A DNA stretch of 64,000 nt from an uncultured Chloroflexia bacterium. Its GTDB lineage: Bacteria; Chloroflexota; Anaerolineae; JAAYZQ01. This document shows, piece by piece, positions 58,637 to 64,000 of this stretch. How positions within the stretch are numbered: position 1 is the stretch's first letter; each line of letters begins with the position of its first letter. The notes below the pieces were generated by a model. It was given only the letters and a program-made list of their open reading frames with translations. It was not told where the DNA came from and searched no databases. The stretch covers positions 384,001 to 448,000 of the forward strand of contig CAVOXA010000010.1 of the NCBI GenBank assembly GCA_963700285.1. Direction: 5' to 3'. Position numbers and translations under genes: made by a program.

Positions 58637-60871
58637 CTACTTTTGCCAACCCTCATCCATAGCATGGAGGGCCAGCAACAGATACTCCCTTCTTCCATCC
58701 CCAAACTCATCCAGACGTAGAGCACACTCGGCCAGGATCAAAGCCACGGTTTCGCCGGCCGTATCTACAGGCAGCATGGGGATCATGCGGCTGATAGAGG
58801 CCGCACCCTGCTCTAGTTCATCCCGGGCCAGCACCTCAGCGCAGTCCTCCATGGTATCCATGAGAGCCTGGTCATTGACCACACGGCCGACCATTCTCTT
58901 TGCCGTGCTTATGGCCTGCGAAGCCACAGTCCCCGGCTCGGTCCGCATGCCCCGCCAGAGGTGGATGAAATGATGCTCGTTGCCGATCAGGCGTGCCAGC
59001 GCCAGTGCCAGCTCAAGGCGCCCATCTTCATTCTGATTCACGTAAAGCAGTTCAAGCAAATCAGGGGTGGCCTGCCACGCATTCAGCGCTCCCAGTGCCG
59101 AGCCAAAGGCAACGCTCAGGTCCTCGTTTTCCTCCGACCGCATGCGCTCCAGCAGGAGGGGAACAGATTCGACGTCGCCCATGCTGCCCAGTGACCGGGC
59201 ACAGTGGGCCCGAATCGACCGGTACTCGGCGTCGAGGCCCTCGCGCAGGTCAGGGAGCGCATCCTGAGCGCCAATGCGACCCAGTGCCCAAGCGGCAATC
59301 ACACTCAGAGCAGGTTCCTTGCTATTCAGAACCTCGACCAATGCCTCGGTCAGGCGCGGATCCGACTCTCGGCGTGCGATGGAGACGATGGCTTCGAAAC
59401 GCACATAGAACCGGGGGTCGTCCAAGGCCTCCAGTAGCTCATCCACCGTGAGTGGGCTCCTGGACTGGCCCAGGCGCTCGGTCACCGACACTGTGGCCCG
59501 CTCATCCCTGGCCCAGTGGTACCGGATCAACGATTCCGCGGCACGAAACGGGTTCCCTCGGATAAAGAACCCGGCGAATTTTGCCACGCCGACAGTGCTT
59601 TCGGTATGCACGCCTCTGAGCAGCAGGGTGCTGAGCATCGGCAGGACAGCGGCAATAATAAAGAGAACCGAATAGGCGTCAACAGGGAGGAACAGGAACT
59701 GACCAGAGAGGTCCGCAAAACGATCCAGCAGCCGGCCACCATACAACTGCCCCAGGCCTCCGACGACGCCGATGAAAGCATAGTAGAGGGCCATGTAGCC
59801 AGCCTTTTTTTCAGGCGGAACGACGCCAACGTAGAGCATTCGGCCAGAACCGATCTGCCATCCCAAACTGGCCACTCCCTGGAAGGCGGCAATGGCCAAG
59901 GCAATGTACAGGCTCACGACTGATTGGCGCGGCATCAACCACCACAGGAGCGGCAGGACTGCCAGCAGGTAAGCGCCCGAGGCCATGATCGGCTTACTAC
60001 CATATCGGTCGGCTGCCCAGCCCCACACATAGCTGGCAAGGAGGCCGCCCGCCAGGGTTCCTGCCTGCAGCCAGACCACAACGCCAGTGGACAGCCCCAC
60101 TTGGTCACGTAGGAAAAGGGGCAGAAATGACGCGACAGGACCAGTGGCCAGCATTGTGAGCCCCACACCCACCGCGTGCCGCACAAAGTTGCTGTCGCGG
60201 ACTGCTGCGGCCATGTCCTGGTGCGGGGTCCCTTCTGTCTGACCTTTCTTGACCGGCGCACCGCCCGGAATAAAGCTTGCAGCGCCCAGGGAGACTAGGC
60301 CAAAAAACAGACCCACGGCAAACAGGATGTTGAAATCGCCCAGGTTGGGATCTGAACCCAACACATAGCCGCCCAGTGTGACGGCCATGAAAGAGGTCAA
60401 GCTCCAGAATACCAGGTCAATCGCCGAGTATTTGCCCCGCACACTGCTGGGCACGTATTCCTGGACCCAGGGATAGAGGGCAGTGATAGAGACGGCGCGG
60501 CAGACGGCAAAGACAGCGACGACGCCAACGACGTAGCGGGTCACGGCCTGGGACCCAAAATGAGCCAAAACCAGGGGGGTCAGAAGCAGAAAGACTGTAA
60601 TGATCTTTCTGCCCGCAAAGAAGGTCAGGTAAGTTCGCTTGTAGCCGTACCGGGCGACGGCTGGGGCAATGAATAGGGCGATGAGGCCAGCGAAGGGCAA
60701 TAGAGAGAGAAGGGTACCGATTTCTGTTTTGGTGAGCCCCAGCTCGTTGAGAAAGAGCACAAACACGGAGCCAAAGAAAGTAAGATAGACGTATACGGCG
60801 TTGGTTGCATTGGCGAGTATGCTCCAAGGCAAGCGACGCAGTTTCTCGGCGTTCGTCGGTTCACTGGTCAT
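58637..60871 (-). CDS. MFS transporter fused to C-terminal HEAT repeats (copy B)
   Basis: 744 aa, colinear with 53959..56190 over its full length. Confidence 0.85.
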   Translation of the reverse strand: MTSEPTNAEKLRRLPWSILANATNAVYVYLTFFGSVFVLFLNELGLTKTEIGTLLSLLPFAGLIALFIAPAVARYGYKRTYLTFFAGRKIITVFLLLTPLVLAHFGSQAVTRYVVGVVAVFAVCRAVSITALYPWVQEYVPSSVRGKYSAIDLVFWSLTSFMAVTLGGYVLGSDPNLGDFNILFAVGLFFGLVSLGAASFIPGGAPVKKGQTEGTPHQDMAAAVRDSNFVRHAVGVGLTMLATGPVASFLPLFLRDQVGLSTGVVVWLQAGTLAGGLLASYVWGWAADRYGSKPIMASGAYLLAVLPLLWWLMPRQSVVSLYIALAIAAFQGVASLGWQIGSGRMLYVGVVPPEKKAGYMALYYAFIGVVGGLGQLYGGRLLDRFADLSGQFLFLPVDAYSVLFIIAAVLPMLSTLLLRGVHTESTVGVAKFAGFFIRGNPFRAAESLIRYHWARDERATVSVTERLGQSRSPLTVDELLEALDDPRFYVRFEAIVSIARRESDPRLTEALVEVLNSKEPALSVIAAWALGRIGAQDALPDLREGLDAEYRSIRAHCARSLGSMGDVESVPLLLERMRSEENEDLSVAFGSALGALNAWQATPDLLELLYVNQNEDGRLELALALARLIGNEHHFIHLWRGMRTEPGTVASQAISTAKRMVGRVVNDQALMDTMEDCAEVLARDELEQGAASISRMIPMLPVDTAGETVALILAECALRLDEFGDGRREYLLLALHAMDEGWQK

Positions 60872-60943
60872 TGTACAGCCGCTATCCTATCATGATCTCA
60901 AAGCCGCAGAAAAGATGTCCAATATCCATGGCCCTGCGCACCC

Positions 60944-62071
60944 TCATCCAGCCAGTGGATAAGCGCCCTCCTCTGCCCAGAATCGGGCGATCCACTGGAT
61001 CCGGTGAAAGAGCGCATCGGTGGGTACATTGTCCCCAAAGCCCAGGATGAACCTATTGCCAGGGGCAATGGTCCGGAACAGCTCCTCCATGTAGCGCTGG
61101 AATTCGCCATCGGTATAGGTGGACGTCAGAATGGTCGAGGGAATGCCGCCCCACGCGGCTACGCGGTCGCCCCAAAGCTGGCGCGTGGCTGCCAAGTCAA
61201 TGGTCGTCATTGGTTTGGGGGTGAGCGCCTCCACCACCTGTATTCCACTGGCCATCAGCTTTTCCAACAGCGCCCGCATCTCGCCGTCGCCGTGGACAAC
61301 CATGATCTTGCCGCCCCCGTCCAGGGTCTCTCGCGCCTCCCGATAGAAGGGAGCAAAGAAAGTGTCAAACACCGGCGGGGGCGTCATCTGCTCGTCATAG
61401 TTGCCCCCCACCTCGATGGCCTGGGCCGGGCAGGCAGCAGCCAAGGCCAGGATCTGGCGTTGCTGTTCCGTGAGTACCCCGACTAGCGCATCCAGCTGGG
61501 TGGGGTGGTCGTGCAACTGGTAGTAGAACGTCTCGTAGCCCATGAAAAAGATCATGAGTTGATGGGCCGCCAAGTGTCCGGTATAGGGAACGGCCAGACC
61601 ATCAATACCAATGTCATCTACGAACCGGGCGTACTCTTCATAGTTCTCAACGACCTCGGTGTGCTCGACAAAGAAACGCAGGGCGTCATAGTCCTGGGGA
61701 CCCTTGAAAGGGTACTCGATCCGGGCCGCCGTACCTGCTGCGTCCCGCAACTCGACAGACATCCGGTCGCGGCAGGTCAACGTCCCGTAGGGAGTGTGGT
61801 ATTGGATCGTCGACAGGTCCCCCTCTACGTTCTTTGTGACCTCGACGTCGTGGTGGACCAGGCGGTAGCACGAAGCGCTCCAGGCCCCAAAACCAAATAT
61901 GCCAATGCCCAGGTCGCGTTGGATGTCCCACAGGCTGGCGCGTTCGTATGGCGGCGGCAGCGTCCCTCCGTTGCGATGGAACTCGTACCACAGCTCCATG
62001 CGGGCGATAAAGGGAATGTGGTCGACAGGTTGGCCGCGCATGGCGGCCAAGGCCAGGTCCCGGTGATTCAT
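60944..62071 (-). CDS. Uroporphyrinogen decarboxylase-like family protein
   Basis: Motifs VDHIP, TPYGTL, VHGDG, WGGIP, FILGFGDNVP. Confidence 0.8.
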   Translation of the reverse strand: MNHRDLALAAMRGQPVDHIPFIARMELWYEFHRNGGTLPPPYERASLWDIQRDLGIGIFGFGAWSASCYRLVHHDVEVTKNVEGDLSTIQYHTPYGTLTCRDRMSVELRDAAGTAARIEYPFKGPQDYDALRFFVEHTEVVENYEEYARFVDDIGIDGLAVPYTGHLAAHQLMIFFMGYETFYYQLHDHPTQLDALVGVLTEQQRQILALAAACPAQAIEVGGNYDEQMTPPPVFDTFFAPFYREARETLDGGGKIMVVHGDGEMRALLEKLMASGIQVVEALTPKPMTTIDLAATRQLWGDRVAAWGGIPSTILTSTYTDGEFQRYMEELFRTIAPGNRFILGFGDNVPTDALFHRIQWIARFWAEEGAYPLAG

Positions 62072-63174
62072 GATACTTGCTCCTCCGCAACGGATTTGCT
62101 AGGTTTCGGAAAGCGTCGGAAGTCTGGTCGAGAGCGATGTTCCTCAGCAACCTCCACCAGAACCTTGAGATTGCACAGGGGCGTGGTCAGGGGCACCGCG
62201 CATTCAGGCGACAGGATCTGGACGCCGCCATGCACAGCACGGCGGCAAGCTGCGGCGACGTCCTCGGGCGTGCCCCGCAGCAGGGTTTCTGGATTGTTGA
62301 TATTGCCGATGAGCGTCATCCTGCCCGCCGCAGCCGCTACCGCGTCGTAAATCTCGACTTGCGACTCGAAATGATAGCAGTCAATGCCTGTTTGGGCAAA
62401 ATCACGCAGGCGATCGGTCGTGTTGCCGCAGCAGTGCAGGACCGTGGGGCAGCCAATCTCTTGGACAATCTCCTGGTGCAGGGGCAATAGCATGTCACGG
62501 TACATGATGGGAGAGACCATGCCACCGGTGGCATGGTCAGCCAGGCAGACAATGTCCGCCCCGGCCCGCACCTGGGCCCTGGCAAAGGCGATGGGTACCG
62601 GCAGCAGCGCCTCAAGGGAGCGCTGTGCTCTGGCCGGATCCTTGATAGTACTGACAAGAAACTCCTCCACACCCATCATATGGTAGGACAGGGTCCAGGG
62701 TCCCATTACCTTGCCTACGATGACGACCCTGTCGCCCAGCGCCTGGCGCAGCAGACACAGGGCATCGAGTACAGCTTGGATAGGAGGCTCCTCCATCCAC
62801 CCTGGCGGGATGGAAAATTGGTGTCCTTCCCGCGCATCGTCGGCCATGGAAAAAGGGTGCGAAGTGACGCCAGGCATCATCTCGGGATTACCCCACTCCA
62901 TCTCACAGCCCAGGGCGGCTGCCTCCTGGGTAACACTAAACACAGGCATCACCGTATCATAGCCCAAGACTTCATAGCTTGTGGCCGCCAGCGCGGCCAT
63001 GGTTTCCGCATCCAGGTGCGCCACAGGGAACCATGCGTCTGCGGTTGCCATCAGATCCTGGGTGATCACCGACACAACGTTGCCCACCGGCGTACGGTCC
63101 GCCACTCCACCCAGGAGCGCCGTCAGGAAGCGGCGTTTGGGTCCCATCGGCCTCGGAAGCGGATCAAAGCTCAT
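62068..63174 (-). CDS. MtaA/CmuA-family (methylcobamide:thiol methyltransferase-like) protein
   Basis: Motifs EAAALGC, GPWTL, VSP, VLHCCG, GNINNP, LSPECAVP. Zn ligands H-x-C...C are retained. Confidence 0.85.
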   Translation of the reverse strand: MSFDPLPRPMGPKRRFLTALLGGVADRTPVGNVVSVITQDLMATADAWFPVAHLDAETMAALAATSYEVLGYDTVMPVFSVTQEAAALGCEMEWGNPEMMPGVTSHPFSMADDAREGHQFSIPPGWMEEPPIQAVLDALCLLRQALGDRVVIVGKVMGPWTLSYHMMGVEEFLVSTIKDPARAQRSLEALLPVPIAFARAQVRAGADIVCLADHATGGMVSPIMYRDMLLPLHQEIVQEIGCPTVLHCCGNTTDRLRDFAQTGIDCYHFESQVEIYDAVAAAAGRMTLIGNINNPETLLRGTPEDVAAACRRAVHGGVQILSPECAVPLTTPLCNLKVLVEVAEEHRSRPDFRRFPKPSKSVAEEQVS

Positions 63175-63176
63175 AT

Positions 63177-64000
63177 TTATCTCCTTGATAGCTGGCCGTA
63201 CTTCCAGGCAGCATCCCGGAAGGAAAGCAGGTTCTCGTAGGGTGTCAGCGGCGACGTGTTGCAGCTAGAGCCAAAAAGAAAGCGCCGCTTGTCGCCCATA
63301 GAGGCGAATAAGTCGCGTACGTAGGCATCGATCTGCCCCGCGGCGCGCGGGCCGGCAAGCTCCTGCTGGGGCGCCGCCATGCCGCCAGTCACGATCAAGC
63401 GCTCGCTCAGTTCCCGGGCTTGGTGCAGAGGCCAATCCCCCAGAGGGGGCGGCGCCTGGCCCTCAACGCAATCTAACTCCGCTTCCAGGAAGAGCGGTGC
63501 CAATGCCTTGAGCTGGCCGCAGGCGTGCAAAAAGAGGTACTTGCCCCGAGCGTGGACCACTTTAGCCGCCTTTTGCAGGGTAGGAAGACAGAAAGACCGG
63601 AACAGGCGCGGGCTGTAGAAAAGGCTGTCCACGTTGTCTGATACTTCCAACACGTAGGCGTCGTCCAAGTCCACAACCTCTTCCAGGAATTGCAGGAGGT
63701 TGCGTTCGTGGATCTGCGCCAGTTCCTGCATCTCCCGGGGGTGGTCGAGCATGAAATAGGTTGCCTGCTCCTGGCCTGCCAGCCAGTGGAACTGCTTCAG
63801 CGGCGTGGGCAGCAGGATGACGGGGATGATGCCATCATCGCCCACCCGCTCCACCCGCCGGTGCCATAGATCCGCATCCAGGTGGACCTCGGTATCCTCC
63901 AGCCAGTAGCGGATGGCTGGGTACTCCGATTCAAAGTCTTTCCACCAGTGTTCGGATTCGAAGGGCGCCCCGCTCTCCGGCCGGTACTCCCAAGTCTGAG
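63177..64000 (-). CDS. Uroporphyrinogen decarboxylase-like family protein, 5' end outside window
   Basis: Motifs VGDDGI, PTPL, YSPRLF, FLHACG, LFGSSCNTSP. Frame appears to continue to the window edge. Confidence 0.75.
   Translation of the reverse strand, partial: QTWEYRPESGAPFESEHWWKDFESEYPAIRYWLEDTEVHLDADLWHRRVERVGDDGIIPVILLPTPLKQFHWLAGQEQATYFMLDHPREMQELAQIHERNLLQFLEEVVDLDDAYVLEVSDNVDSLFYSPRLFRSFCLPTLQKAAKVVHARGKYLFLHACGQLKALAPLFLEAELDCVEGQAPPPLGDWPLHQARELSERLIVTGGMAAPQQELAGPRAAGQIDAYVRDLFASMGDKRRFLFGSSCNTSPLTPYENLLSFRDAAWKYGQLSRR

Noticed and set aside
1-64000. tRNA, rRNA, IS elements, integrase, prophage or defence genes
   Set aside because: No such motifs or ORFs were recognised, and nearly all sequence is accounted for by metabolic and transport genes.

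Overview
This is a GC-rich (about 60% by eye) bacterial window. Gene style suggests Chloroflexota/Anaerolineae, which is an inference only. It is packed almost entirely with catabolic paralog families acting on C-N bonds: five amidohydrolase-superfamily genes plus a dihydropyrimidinase, three DDAH/amidinotransferase-family genes, three ThDP enzymes, three tandem saccharopine-dehydrogenase-like genes, two trans-sulfuration PLP enzymes, M14/M20/M28 peptidases and an Opp-type ABC importer lacking ATPases. It also holds a non-pyrrolysine MttB-family methyltransferase, a hydantoinase/carbamoylase/racemase operon, a DHH-KimA-TrkA-TrkA potassium module, and a right-end cluster of four URO-D/MtaA-family proteins, a DapA-family aldolase and two MFS-HEAT fusion transporters. 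Five genes carry single-base frameshifts, most likely long-read errors, and a DUF2293-like gene has an internal deletion. Non-coding features include several clean sigma70-type promoters, a roughly 400-nt leader before the MttB gene, a structured leader before kimA, and several REP-like palindrome families. No rRNA, tRNA, CRISPR array, transposase or prophage was seen. The best candidates for an undescribed system are (i) the MFS-HEAT plus URO-D/MtaA plus DapA locus and (ii) a possible modified-amino-acid salvage island centred on a variant DDAH and three diverged dehydrogenases. All substrate assignments are hypotheses.
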